From a virus: DNA of 64,000 nucleotides. The position numbers were made by a program, and so were the translations under genes. The stretch is taken from IMG/VR virus record IMGVR_UViG_3300047560_000195, positions 2,623-66,622 of that record; one strand, 5' to 3'. Positions 29,701 to 38,277 of this stretch are shown here, one piece after another; position 1 is the first letter of the stretch; every line of letters starts with the position of its first letter. The notes under the pieces are model-generated. The model was not told where the DNA came from. It made no database searches and worked only from the letters and a program-made list of their open reading frames with translations.

Positions 29701-30126
29701 CTAAACAAGACGTATGATTGCGTTGAACGCATTATTGGCTGGGAAGGTTACCTTGAAAAAAGAGGTCGCCGTTTTATCCGAACCAAAATCTAAAACGCAT
29801 ACAGATGCACCTGTATTACCATTGTAAATTAACCCGCCTCTACAGGTAAAAGAAGCGGGGGACCAAAGAGCATCAGCGAACGAGGCATACGCCACGTTAG
29901 CGATCGTATCGTACGAAGTACCAATAGAACTAAGTGCTATGCCACCAGCGGTATACCCAGAACCGACAACCTCGTTGGTGGTGGTATAGGCCAAAGTAGA
30001 ATTGCTTAATGACGCATCTGCTGTGTACAGCGCAAGCTTATACGTATATGGAGACCCAACCGAAAGGTTCTCTGAACCATTCAGGATGTTGTAAAGAAAT
30101 ACGGTCGTTAAGCCTTGTACGATCAT
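29701..30126 (-). CDS. Tail structural protein
   Basis: YKLALYT..NEV.G.GYTAGG..LIYN..VLDFGSDKT. Confidence 0.6.
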   Translation of the reverse strand: MIVQGLTTVFLYNILNGSENLSVGSPYTYKLALYTADASLSNSTLAYTTTNEVVGSGYTAGGIALSSIGTSYDTIANVAYASFADALWSPASFTCRGGLIYNGNTGASVCVLDFGSDKTATSFFKVTFPANNAFNAIIRLV

Positions 30127-31037
30127 GGATTAACCTGCCCAATTCGAGCTTGACCATCACGGTAAGCGTCACCACGTTCAAGGCCAGTACCGAGTCTGTT
30201 AAGCTGCATCATTGCTTCTTGGTACTTCTGCTCGTAGTAACCTACGAGATCCTGCTCACCTTTCATGAACAGCATGGCTTCACGCATAGAACCATACAGA
30301 AGAACGGGATCGTAGTTGTCCCCAAGCCAACTTGTGCCCGTACTATTAGAGATGGATCCTACGGTTACAGTAAATCCGGTACCTGAATTACCTAAAGAGG
30401 AACACCCCAATACGTCCCCGACAACGTAGAAGTTGCCACCAAAAGACAAAGTGCAAGAGTAAATCTGCTGAGACTGTACGACGATCGTAGCCGTAGCAGA
30501 AACACCGGTACCTCCGGTAAGAGCCACATTTTGGTAAACCCCATTGGTATACAACGTACCCGGATTGGTATTACTGAACGAGGTAATCTGCCCCTGCACA
30601 ATGGTCGGAGGGTAGTAGAAATAGTGCATCTCTACCGTGTAGTTCTGGTTGGGAGTAGGAGCCAGCATGTAGCTCAGCTCATCAATATTCCCGTACTGAG
30701 AACCAAACAGGCAATAGTACTTAGGCAAACCCACTTCACCGGATGTAGGATAAGCTTCCCGAAGGAAGTTAACGTCCTTATTCAGAAGGTAGTTGTAAGC
30801 ACCATCGTTATCGATGACAGCCAATGAGTACGTAGACAAGTAATCATCCGGAAGGGATAGGTACTTGTTACCAGACGTAATCGTTCCCGTTACATTTCTA
30901 CGAAGCGCAGGAATCTGAACTGAGTTATAAATACGTTCCTCAGCCTGTTGCACAAACACCGGAATGTTTGCGACGAACAGCTGTTCCGTATTCTCAGCGT
31001 ATGCCTGTATCGTGTTGTAAAGGGATTGATAATTCAT
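30123..31037 (-). CDS. Head-tail adaptor / tail tubular protein with inserted beta-rich domain
   Basis: MNY..L..IQAYAEN..FVQQAEERI, KDVNFLREAYP, G.PKYY, APTP, LLYGS..EA..FMKG; TAATG coupling. Confidence 0.7.
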   Translation of the reverse strand: MNYQSLYNTIQAYAENTEQLFVANIPVFVQQAEERIYNSVQIPALRRNVTGTITSGNKYLSLPDDYLSTYSLAVIDNDGAYNYLLNKDVNFLREAYPTSGEVGLPKYYCLFGSQYGNIDELSYMLAPTPNQNYTVEMHYFYYPPTIVQGQITSFSNTNPGTLYTNGVYQNVALTGGTGVSATATIVVQSQQIYSCTLSFGGNFYVVGDVLGCSSLGNSGTGFTVTVGSISNSTGTSWLGDNYDPVLLYGSMREAMLFMKGEQDLVGYYEQKYQEAMMQLNRLGTGLERGDAYRDGQARIGQVNP

Positions 31038-31261
31038 TAGGCCATCGGACCCCGGCACTTAGTGCCTTTGGTAGCAGCGCCAGCGCCACGCATAGTTACA
31101 ACGCCGTTCTTATTCTCAGGCGCATAGTTACCTTTACTGATGCCGCCAACAGAGATATTCATCTCCGTCATTACTTTAGCGCCAGTCTTGTAGGTCAATT
31201 TGAAATCAGTACCGTTAGAAGCGTAGGCTTCAGCAGGCTTGTTCTCGATAACTTTAGCCAT
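31037..31261 (-). CDS. Small basic protein
   Basis: C-terminal MRGAGAATKG..RGPMA motif; in late operon. Confidence 0.6.
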   Translation of the reverse strand: MAKVIENKPAEAYASNGTDFKLTYKTGAKVMTEMNISVGGISKGNYAPENKNGVVTMRGAGAATKGTKCRGPMA

Positions 31262-31265
31262 CGTA

Positions 31266-31445
31266 TTACCCTTGATTCTTTGCGCGAGCCAGATTACGAC
31301 CCATTTTCTTCATAGCCAAAGAAGTAACTCCACCTTTCTTGAAAGGCAGTTTGGTTTTCTTACCCCCATGAAGCTGCTTATCATGAGCGCCAATGGCTGA
31401 CTTAATAAGCTTCTTATCCTCTTTGATATCATCATGCTTAGCCAT
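31266..31445 (-). CDS. Small Lys-rich protein, 59 aa (not in ORF track)
   Basis: MAKHDDIKEDKKLIKSAIGAHDKQLHGGKKTKLPFKKGGVTSLAMKKMGRNLARAKNQG; AGGAGG RBS. Confidence 0.7.
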   Translation of the reverse strand: MAKHDDIKEDKKLIKSAIGAHDKQLHGGKKTKLPFKKGGVTSLAMKKMGRNLARAKNQG

Positions 31446-31453
31446 ATGGCCTC

Positions 31454-31882
31454 CTAACTCGTAGTAATCGTCACTGTACCCACTTGGCTCTTACCAATCA
31501 AGTTGTTTGGAGTCAAGTCTGAATCAAATCCTCTAGCCCCACCAACGGGATTCCATCCCCATTGAATAACTCGGCTACCACCTGCTGGGTATCCAAACCC
31601 ATCCTGAACAATCCCATCCGTGAAATTGTCTTGTAGTCCTGTTGTACCTGACATGTAATAACTCACATCTGGCCTAGGATCGCGTACTGCCTGAGGATCA
31701 TTAACCGGGAACATACCGAGATGAAGCTGCGGATGATCCGGATCCCAACAGGTCTTACAAACCTTGATCCTCCAAGGCTTGGTCTTCAGGACTTGGATCC
31801 TGAGCTCCTTCAACATGTAACGCTGGTCGCATCGATCGCACTGGGCGATCGAATGTTTACCGGAGGCGAACTTACTAGGCAT
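31454..31882 (-). CDS. Zinc-binding conserved virion-module protein
   Basis: FASGK..CDRC..VCKTCWDPDHPQL..DPQAVRDPRPD. Confidence 0.65.
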   Translation of the reverse strand: MPSKFASGKHSIAQCDRCDQRYMLKELRIQVLKTKPWRIKVCKTCWDPDHPQLHLGMFPVNDPQAVRDPRPDVSYYMSGTTGLQDNFTDGIVQDGFGYPAGGSRVIQWGWNPVGGARGFDSDLTPNNLIGKSQVGTVTITTS

Positions 31883-32378
31883 CGGCTACCTCAAACCTAT
31901 TCTTCTTACGTAGGTTATAAGCGGCTGGTACTACCTGTAGGTTCCAAGGAACATGAAGACCAGAAATGTTTTTTCCTTGTAGGGGTAGTATGTGATCCAC
32001 ATGCCAAGAAAAACCAAACAGACTTGTACGTAGTTCAGCTAGGTCGTAGATTTCTTTAATGAGCCAATGGCAATCATCGGATAACCATTTAGGCACTCTA
32101 AGAGACCTAACTTCCCGCGTCTTAGCGCACAACGCATTATACGCACCCCTGTTTTCATCCCGCCAAGCATACACTGCGGCTTTGTGCTTTTCTTGGTTTG
32201 AGGCTCTCCATTTCCTGCTAGCCTTATTTATCACCCCTTTATTGGCTTTGGCGTATGCTTTGTTACGGGCGTCTATATGCTCTTTGTTAGCCAAATAATA
32301 GGCGCGTTTTTGCTCCGCGATACGTTCTTTGTTTCGCTCGTTGTATTCTTTCCTAGCTTCGGAAGATACAAAAGCCAT
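31875..32378 (-). CDS. Free-standing HNH homing endonuclease
   Basis: WHVDHILPLQGKNISGLHVPWNLQV..NLRKKN with basic helical N-terminal repeats. Confidence 0.85.
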   Translation of the reverse strand: MAFVSSEARKEYNERNKERIAEQKRAYYLANKEHIDARNKAYAKANKGVINKASRKWRASNQEKHKAAVYAWRDENRGAYNALCAKTREVRSLRVPKWLSDDCHWLIKEIYDLAELRTSLFGFSWHVDHILPLQGKNISGLHVPWNLQVVPAAYNLRKKNRFEVADA

Positions 32379-32380
32379 AA

Positions 32381-33313
32381 TTATCTGTAGTAAAAAAGAT
32401 TACGCGGTACGAACCGATCAGTAGCCTTCTCACGATCCTCGTCAGCCGCGAGCTGAAACTGCTGTTCATAGTCAGCCTTAAGAGCCGCCACTCGGTTACC
32501 GTCCACACCGTCTAGCTTCATGCTCAGGTAATAAGACATGCCCGCTACCATAGGAGGTATAAACCTGAACGGAATGTCCTGAGTAGTCGTACCGTTACCT
32601 GCATCCTGCAAACGACGCATGCGGTAGTACACAAAGGTGTACTGATTACCCGGAGGATTCGGCGTAGGCCATACGTTCACACACGGGAGCTTATAGCTGT
32701 ACACCGGAGTAGCGGTGAGGTGAGAAACCGCTGTGGTTCCGTTCTGCCCACGCCAAGCGTTCAGGATCTGGTTACCTACTACGTTCTGATACCCAATAAC
32801 CTCGTTATCAATTTTGATAAACCCAGTTGTAGGAAGATTCAGAACTGAAGTCAGAGTGATCGTCGTATCCGTAGCTGTGATCGCCCCATCCAACGTAGTG
32901 TTGGGGATCGTAGGAATAGCCCCAGTCTGCCGGTCTATCCAGAATTGGATCGGTCTACCTGTCGCATTCTTATTAGGAATGGACATGTACGTAGACTCGG
33001 AAATCCGAGACACGTTGATGTCAATCTGGTTAGTCTGCTGTCCGTTGTACTGTCTAGTCACACAATCAAGAAGGTCGATCGTATCCACAGGTAAGGCGTA
33101 GATAGCCTGCCCCGTGTTCATAACAATCTGACCTTGCTCAATGGTCCAAAGATTTATCCCACGATTAATCCACTCGATAGTGAGTAGATTCATGGAACGA
33201 CGAGCGGTACGGAAGTCATAACCGCTACGCAGCTGTTTACCGCAGCGCTCAAACGCCTCTTCGAATAGCTCGTTAAGATCGAGATTAAACGATGCGGTAC
33301 CAGACGTGCTCAT
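32381..33313 (-). CDS. Head-tail connector/adaptor protein with inserted module
   Basis: EEAFERCG..GYDFRTARRSMNLL..W.NRGINLWT, IPNK..GRP, VWPTP, PFRF. Confidence 0.7.
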   Translation of the reverse strand: MSTSGTASFNLDLNELFEEAFERCGKQLRSGYDFRTARRSMNLLTIEWINRGINLWTIEQGQIVMNTGQAIYALPVDTIDLLDCVTRQYNGQQTNQIDINVSRISESTYMSIPNKNATGRPIQFWIDRQTGAIPTIPNTTLDGAITATDTTITLTSVLNLPTTGFIKIDNEVIGYQNVVGNQILNAWRGQNGTTAVSHLTATPVYSYKLPCVNVWPTPNPPGNQYTFVYYRMRRLQDAGNGTTTQDIPFRFIPPMVAGMSYYLSMKLDGVDGNRVAALKADYEQQFQLAADEDREKATDRFVPRNLFYYR

Positions 33314-33316
33314 GGA

Positions 33317-33517
33317 TTACTCCGCTGGCTCTTCTGCCTTAGCCTTACTCTTCTTAGGAGCAGGCTCTTCAATAGCCTTTAGCTCTGCTTCGGAGGGCTC
33401 ATAGTTAATGAGATCAACGAACGCTGCGAACTTATTGAGAATCTGCTCTTCATAACCAGAAGGAGAGAAACCTTCTGAGCTAATAAATCCAAGGATTTCT
33501 TTCTTATCGATAGCCAT
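33317..33517 (-). CDS. Hypothetical protein
   Basis: Translationally coupled (TAATG) in the late operon. Confidence 0.55.
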   Translation of the reverse strand: MAIDKKEILGFISSEGFSPSGYEEQILNKFAAFVDLINYEPSEAELKAIEEPAPKKSKAKAEEPAE

Positions 33518-33789
33518 TACTTAAAACCTTTGAGTGTTTGGGCGAGGCGTGCTCGCTGGCCTAGTTTACCCGGAGCTTTAGCGGCCTTGGCCAGCTTCCC
33601 TGCTGGAATGGTCTGACCTTCTTTGACCCCAAGAGACTTTCGCAAAGATCCCGGCTTCTTGATGGCACCAGCGATCCAACCACCTTTCTTGTACTCGGTA
33701 ACCTCGTTCGGGTTATCTTTCCGTTTGATGGTCTTAGGACCGGGCATTTTGGACGGGTTAATACACCCCATGCCACGGCTAGCTCTCAT
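33517..33789 (-). CDS. Small Lys-rich protein
   Basis: MRASRGMG..YKKGGWIAGAIKKPGSLRKSLG..RARLAQTL. Confidence 0.65.
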   Translation of the reverse strand: MRASRGMGCINPSKMPGPKTIKRKDNPNEVTEYKKGGWIAGAIKKPGSLRKSLGVKEGQTIPAGKLAKAAKAPGKLGQRARLAQTLKGFK

Positions 33790-33790
33790 C

Positions 33791-34159
33791 TTACTTGCCT
33801 TTCTTGGCCATACCGCCGCCGCACATCTTAATCATCTTACCCTTGGTCTTACCCTTCTGAGCAATACCATCGCGGCTAGGAGCAGCCGTCTTAACTTTAC
33901 CCATAGATTCGCCCATAGCGAACTTGTTACCTTTAGCCATAACACCACCTCTACTGAATAGCGCCATATCCCCATGACGGGTCTTAGGCTGGTTGACTTT
34001 CTGACGATCGGCGCGACCTTCAGATCCTACTTTCTTGGCTTTATCAGCCGCGACAAATTCTTTAGCTACCCCAATCGGAATACCTGCTTTACCAGCAAAC
34101 TCAGGATTATGAGCTGCGGCTTGCATGAAACGAGCCTGCTTAGCTGATTTACTCGGCAT
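33791..34159 (-). CDS. Small Lys-rich protein
   Basis: MPSKSAKQARFMQAAAHNP..DGIAQKGKTKG; AAGGA RBS. Confidence 0.65.
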   Translation of the reverse strand: MPSKSAKQARFMQAAAHNPEFAGKAGIPIGVAKEFVAADKAKKVGSEGRADRQKVNQPKTRHGDMALFSRGGVMAKGNKFAMGESMGKVKTAAPSRDGIAQKGKTKGKMIKMCGGGMAKKGK

Positions 34160-34361
34160 CGTCGTCCTTACGACCAAACCATCCTTGAACAGTTTTGGTT
34201 TCGTATATCCTGATTGCAGACCAAACTATGGAAAATATAGCAGCGATGGATGGCAGCATGTGCGTGAGTGTCCCTACTACAGTAGCAATCGATGCTGTAT
34301 CGACAAGGTGCTTTACCGTTTCGTTCAAATGATCGAGTGGGTTTTGCATATCACCATCCAT
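34149..34361 (-). CDS. Small membrane protein (possible second holin)
   Basis: Hydrophobic core LPSIAAIFSIVWSAIRIYET. Confidence 0.5.
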   Translation of the reverse strand: MDGDMQNPLDHLNETVKHLVDTASIATVVGTLTHMLPSIAAIFSIVWSAIRIYETKTVQGWFGRKDDDAE

Positions 34362-34621
34362 TAGCAGTTCCACGCCCTCAAACTTTTGTTGATCCGACTA
34401 TTCGGATCGTTCGCCGTTTTACTCGAAGTCAGTTTCTTTTTCATCCCTGACATTCTGGCACAAAACGATTTCCTGCGGCCTGCATCTTCCTTGGTCTTCG
34501 GCTTCGGAGCCGGGGGTTTCAGGTTCATCCCTTGCTTCTTGGCAGAAGCTCGACCTTTTGCATTTAGACCACCCTTGGGGTCTTTTCCTTCAGATCTTTG
34601 CCATGCGGGTGACTTAGCCAT
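34361..34621 (-). CDS. Small basic protein (DUF6321-like)
   Basis: AWQRSEGKDPKGGLNAKGR..RRKSFCARM..DPNSRINKSLRAWNC. Confidence 0.65.
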   Translation of the reverse strand: MAKSPAWQRSEGKDPKGGLNAKGRASAKKQGMNLKPPAPKPKTKEDAGRRKSFCARMSGMKKKLTSSKTANDPNSRINKSLRAWNC

Positions 34622-35418
34622 TACGCCACCTGATTAACGGTGAGAATAACTGCCGGTACGATAGGACCAATCGCTGGAGATGTGATGTACTGGATCACTA
34701 CGTTGGCGTCTGTAGAGCCCCACATGAGCTGGAAGTACTGACCAGCCGTAACGTTCAGCATCAAGTTCCAAGCAGCGACCGTATAGACGTTAGCGCCCTG
34801 CAAAGTGATTCGAGTATTCGTCTCAGTTACGTCTACTCCGTCCAACCTAGCCCAGATATAAACATCAGCCGCAGATCCACCACCTGCCGCTTTATTAAGC
34901 TGTGCAGAGAATTGGAAGTTATACACACCAGCGTTGGTTACATTAACCTTCGTTGGATTACCAGATAAGTCATTTGAGATACTAATCCCATGACCACCAA
35001 TGTCAGTAGTACCAAACTGCATCGCAATCCCGTTACCGGGAGAAGTGTTGGTCAGCGTGACGTTATGCTGGAAAACTCCAAATTGCATATTAATGCTAGA
35101 CGGAGTAATCAAAGTCCATACAGGAGCGCCAGAAGCTGAACCTGTTCCAGTCTGTGCTAGGAACTTTTGAGACGTAGTGATGTTACCGGGGACCTTAGCT
35201 AGCGTATTCGTAGCCGATCCGTACAGCGTATCTCCCAGAGCATACGTAACAATCCCGGTGCCACCTTGAGTCGGTGTAACAGGATGTACATTGAGAGTTT
35301 GTCCAACTACATTGGTGACCGTCGTCTGAACATTAGCGCCAGATTGGACCAATGGGACGATTTCCGTACCCGTGAGGGTAGCGGCATTGGTCATCGCTGA
35401 GATTTTTGTATCAGCCAT
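34621..35418 (-). CDS. Fibre/decoration protein with C-terminal C1q/BclA-like beta domain
   Basis: MADTKISAM..; GVYNFQFSAQL, VYIW, AAWN..GQYFQLMW. Confidence 0.6.
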   Translation of the reverse strand: MADTKISAMTNAATLTGTEIVPLVQSGANVQTTVTNVVGQTLNVHPVTPTQGGTGIVTYALGDTLYGSATNTLAKVPGNITTSQKFLAQTGTGSASGAPVWTLITPSSINMQFGVFQHNVTLTNTSPGNGIAMQFGTTDIGGHGISISNDLSGNPTKVNVTNAGVYNFQFSAQLNKAAGGGSAADVYIWARLDGVDVTETNTRITLQGANVYTVAAWNLMLNVTAGQYFQLMWGSTDANVVIQYITSPAIGPIVPAVILTVNQVA

Positions 35419-35651
35419 CAGTCAGACTCCAAATAGATTTTGCTGCCATCTTCCTGCAACACGTATCCTGAGTTTTCCATCAGGATGAAATAATTAGTCG
35501 CCGGAGGAGCATACGGAGCGTAGAGGTCTACAACTCCATGATCCCCAACATCATCGCCATAGCTGTCGACATTATTCGCGACAACACCGATAGCGAATCC
35601 ATTTGAGGTATTCGCGAGGTTAGCAACCCCGGTGTAGCCGACGTAAGCCAT
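35418..35651 (-). CDS. Small structural protein
   Basis: C-terminal ILMENSGYVLQEDGSKIYLE motif. Confidence 0.55.
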   Translation of the reverse strand: MAYVGYTGVANLANTSNGFAIGVVANNVDSYGDDVGDHGVVDLYAPYAPPATNYFILMENSGYVLQEDGSKIYLESD

Positions 35652-35941
35652 TACGTTAGACCAGCTTGGATAAGAGTTAACGTAGCCACGCCACCACCGG
35701 AATTAACCGTCAGACGTACCTGCAAGACAGGGAACGCATAGTTACCGTCCTGATTGGTGGTTTTGGAAGCGATCGTCGGATGGGGGAACCAAGTGGTCCC
35801 ATCAAACGTGTGTTCTACCGTGTAGTTCACGGTGCCACTAACGACAACACCAAACCCAATATTGAAAGGAGTTACGTAGCTATTAGCCACATACCCGATC
35901 GTAGAGCCGGTGCCCGTCTGTGCGAGAGTTACTGGACGCAT
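35651..35941 (-). CDS. Small beta-rich structural protein
   Basis: YTVEHTFD..NYAFPV..VRL..QAG; GAGGTG RBS. Confidence 0.6.
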   Translation of the reverse strand: MRPVTLAQTGTGSTIGYVANSYVTPFNIGFGVVVSGTVNYTVEHTFDGTTWFPHPTIASKTTNQDGNYAFPVLQVRLTVNSGGGVATLTLIQAGLT

Positions 35942-35957
35942 ACTTCACCTCAAGGTT

Positions 35958-35978
35958 AAAGGGGGGCCGGAGCCCCCC
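35958..35978 (-). terminator. Intrinsic terminator
   Basis: GGGGGGC-tccg-GCCCCCC-TTT on - strand after 35987 gene. Confidence 0.65.
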
Positions 35979-35986
35979 ACTCTCAA

Positions 35987-36694
35987 TTAGTCGAGATTAC
36001 CGTAGGGGTAAGTCGTCGTGTTTCCAATATTAGTATCAGGCTGCGTGTACTGGACAATTACGGCCAGCTTACCTGCGTTAACTGAGGTCAGAGAAGCAAC
36101 CGTCAGTTTCAGGGTTACAACCAGCTGAGTGAAGAATGCCGGATCAGTAACGTTCGGGTAGTTGCTGTTCTGCACATCAGCCAGAGTTGACTGAGCATTC
36201 GCATACTGAGAAGCAGTAAACGAACAAGTCGTACGGCCAACCGTGCTGCCGGTAATAGCGGCAGAAGTAGCGTATACACCCGCAGAGGTAGCGAAATCAT
36301 TGGAGATGTACGGCTGAACGCCAGTTACAGCGTGCGTACCATCGGTCGGCTGAACGATGTTATCAACAAAGATGTCGTTGATGTATGAACCTACCGGCAG
36401 GTAGAAAACTACACCACGGTAGTTGGTGCCCGTTGCATCAGCAGTCGGAACAGAAGCCGTAGGAGACGCATTGAAAATCCCGCTCTGAGGAACGTAGATC
36501 GTTGCGTTGGTGTTAGGAATGTCGTTAGAAACGACAAATTGACCAGAAGCACCGCCATAGTTAGCAGTTGCGTTGCTGGTTACAGAGAAATCAAGGATGG
36601 CAGACTGAACAAGGTTGACTGAGCCAACATTACGCTGCGGTCCAAAACGATTGTCGCCCGAAAGAATCGGACCCTGAAAAGTAGAACGGGCCAT
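35987..36694 (-). CDS. Minor capsid/decoration-type structural protein with own promoter and terminator
   Basis: MARSTFQGP N-terminus, beta-rich; near capsid gene; GAGGA RBS. Confidence 0.6.
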   Translation of the reverse strand: MARSTFQGPILSGDNRFGPQRNVGSVNLVQSAILDFSVTSNATANYGGASGQFVVSNDIPNTNATIYVPQSGIFNASPTASVPTADATGTNYRGVVFYLPVGSYINDIFVDNIVQPTDGTHAVTGVQPYISNDFATSAGVYATSAAITGSTVGRTTCSFTASQYANAQSTLADVQNSNYPNVTDPAFFTQLVVTLKLTVASLTSVNAGKLAVIVQYTQPDTNIGNTTTYPYGNLD

Positions 36695-36699
36695 TATAT

Positions 36700-36776
36700 G
36701 TCCTCATGCAAGAGCCCTACGCCAATCGTTGCATCGTCTGCTGGGTCAGTGGCGACGTAGGAAAAAATCCCAGAAT
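36700..36776 (-). ncRNA. Kissing-loop structured 5' leader
   Basis: Hairpins CUGGG/CCCAG and AUGCAA/UUGCAU whose loops CCUACGUCG and UGGCGUAGG are complementary. Confidence 0.6.
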
Positions 36777-36783
36777 CAATTCC

Positions 36784-36812
36784 CTTATAGGATATTAATT
36801 AGATAGTGTCAA
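36784..36812 (-). promoter_or_regulatory. Strong sigma70 promoter
   Basis: TTGACA-17 nt-TATAAG on - strand. Confidence 0.8.
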
Positions 36813-36817
36813 CGGGT

Positions 36818-38209
36818 TTACCTCTGTAAAAGGGGTGCAATTCCTGAGTTGTGGATCCGCATGTCTCCAAGAGGGTTATCTTGTACTTCTCCCTGAGGAG
36901 TAGATCCTCTTAACTGAGCCGCTTCACCCGCACCAAACATCCAAGGAATCGCTCGATTGACCTTGTCCATAGCCGTACTAAACCCGCTAGGAGCTTCGTC
37001 TGTGGGTATTTTTCCTACAGGTAACCGGTCATGCAGTGTGCTTTTAAGCCAAGTATTCGGATCTTCTGCGTTAGTTAGGTCAGACAATTCATACCTTCCC
37101 CTCTTACCAACAGTAGGATTCATCAGACGTATAGCTTCTTCACTATACTTCATACCCCTATCAGGGAAATACCTAGCTTCGGTCTCACCTAGAGTGGCTT
37201 CATAGAACTTATGTGGATTGTTGTAAATGCGGGTCCAACGGTCTAAATGATCTTTATTCTGGGCTATCCGCCTGTCTATTTCTTCTCTAGGCAAAAGCGC
37301 GTACATATCTCCGTCATGAAACAACTCATCGGGATCAGCGCCTTTATCCAAGTTATGCGCTGTGTCTTTAAGAAAATCTAGCGTGTTCTGTTTGTCCCGT
37401 AATTTTTCAAATGCCGTAGCTTTAACCCTGTCAGGACTAATTCCGGGGGAAAATCCTTCCCTGTTCTGAACCCAATGCTGCCCTTCATGTAGGGTAGTTT
37501 GGAGCATATCTCCGTTAGGGCGATAATTAATCGCCATATGTTCAGGATTGTTTCCCCATGATTTAGCGTAATAACCGCGTGCATACGGATCAAATAGTTG
37601 AAAGTTTCTTTTGACCGGCAGGTTGGCTAAATCTGGATAATGCTCAAACAATGTCGGATGCTCAAGGACATCCTTCAAAGTAGCCTGTGGTTGGTTGGGT
37701 AATTTGGACTTCAAGTAGTCCATAAACCCCATGTTCTTAAGGCGTGCGCCTTGGTCGGAGAACTCAAACTTGAGCTCGGGATCCAACGGATTAACAATCA
37801 TGGGCTGGTCCATGCGTGTCTTAGCCCAAATCTGTTGTGGGCTAAATCCAGCTTCTCTTAACTGCTTGGCCTGCTCGAACGCTCTTGGAACTGCTAATCG
37901 GGAGCTAGCGCCTCCCAGCATACCGGCAACGCCAGCTGACCCTTTAGCAAAAGGATCAATGGCCATACCCATTACGTTCGTAGCCTTTTCGAGGTTTTCG
38001 TAGTCAGGATTGATGATCCTACCGGTATCATCCATGTACCGCTCACCAGTATCCATCTTAGGAAGCTGTTCAGCTACCCACTCGGCCCCTCTGTTTACGC
38101 TTTTATATGCGTCGGGCCATGGATCATAAGGCGCTGGACCATGAGTCATCTCACGATCTAATTGAGCTCTTCTATACGCTTCTAAATCTCGAATACCATC
38201 AGCCATCAC
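36818..38209 (-). CDS. LPD23-like polyvalent-protein domain with zincin (HExxH) motif
   Basis: LKFEFSD, L.DVLEHPTLFEHYPDL, TLHEGQHWVQ.REGF..G, Y..TLGETEAR; AGGAGA RBS. Confidence 0.7.
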   Translation of the reverse strand: MMADGIRDLEAYRRAQLDREMTHGPAPYDPWPDAYKSVNRGAEWVAEQLPKMDTGERYMDDTGRIINPDYENLEKATNVMGMAIDPFAKGSAGVAGMLGGASSRLAVPRAFEQAKQLREAGFSPQQIWAKTRMDQPMIVNPLDPELKFEFSDQGARLKNMGFMDYLKSKLPNQPQATLKDVLEHPTLFEHYPDLANLPVKRNFQLFDPYARGYYAKSWGNNPEHMAINYRPNGDMLQTTLHEGQHWVQNREGFSPGISPDRVKATAFEKLRDKQNTLDFLKDTAHNLDKGADPDELFHDGDMYALLPREEIDRRIAQNKDHLDRWTRIYNNPHKFYEATLGETEARYFPDRGMKYSEEAIRLMNPTVGKRGRYELSDLTNAEDPNTWLKSTLHDRLPVGKIPTDEAPSGFSTAMDKVNRAIPWMFGAGEAAQLRGSTPQGEVQDNPLGDMRIHNSGIAPLLQR

Positions 38210-38221
38210 AATCTCCTAAAG

Positions 38222-38242
38222 AAAAGGGGGCCGAAGCCCCCT
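38222..38242 (-). terminator. Intrinsic terminator after major capsid gene
   Basis: AGGGGGC-ttcg-GCCCCCT-TTT on - strand. Confidence 0.85.
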
Positions 38243-38277
38243 CATCCCGACCGGGCAACTCCCAGTCCATTTTACGC

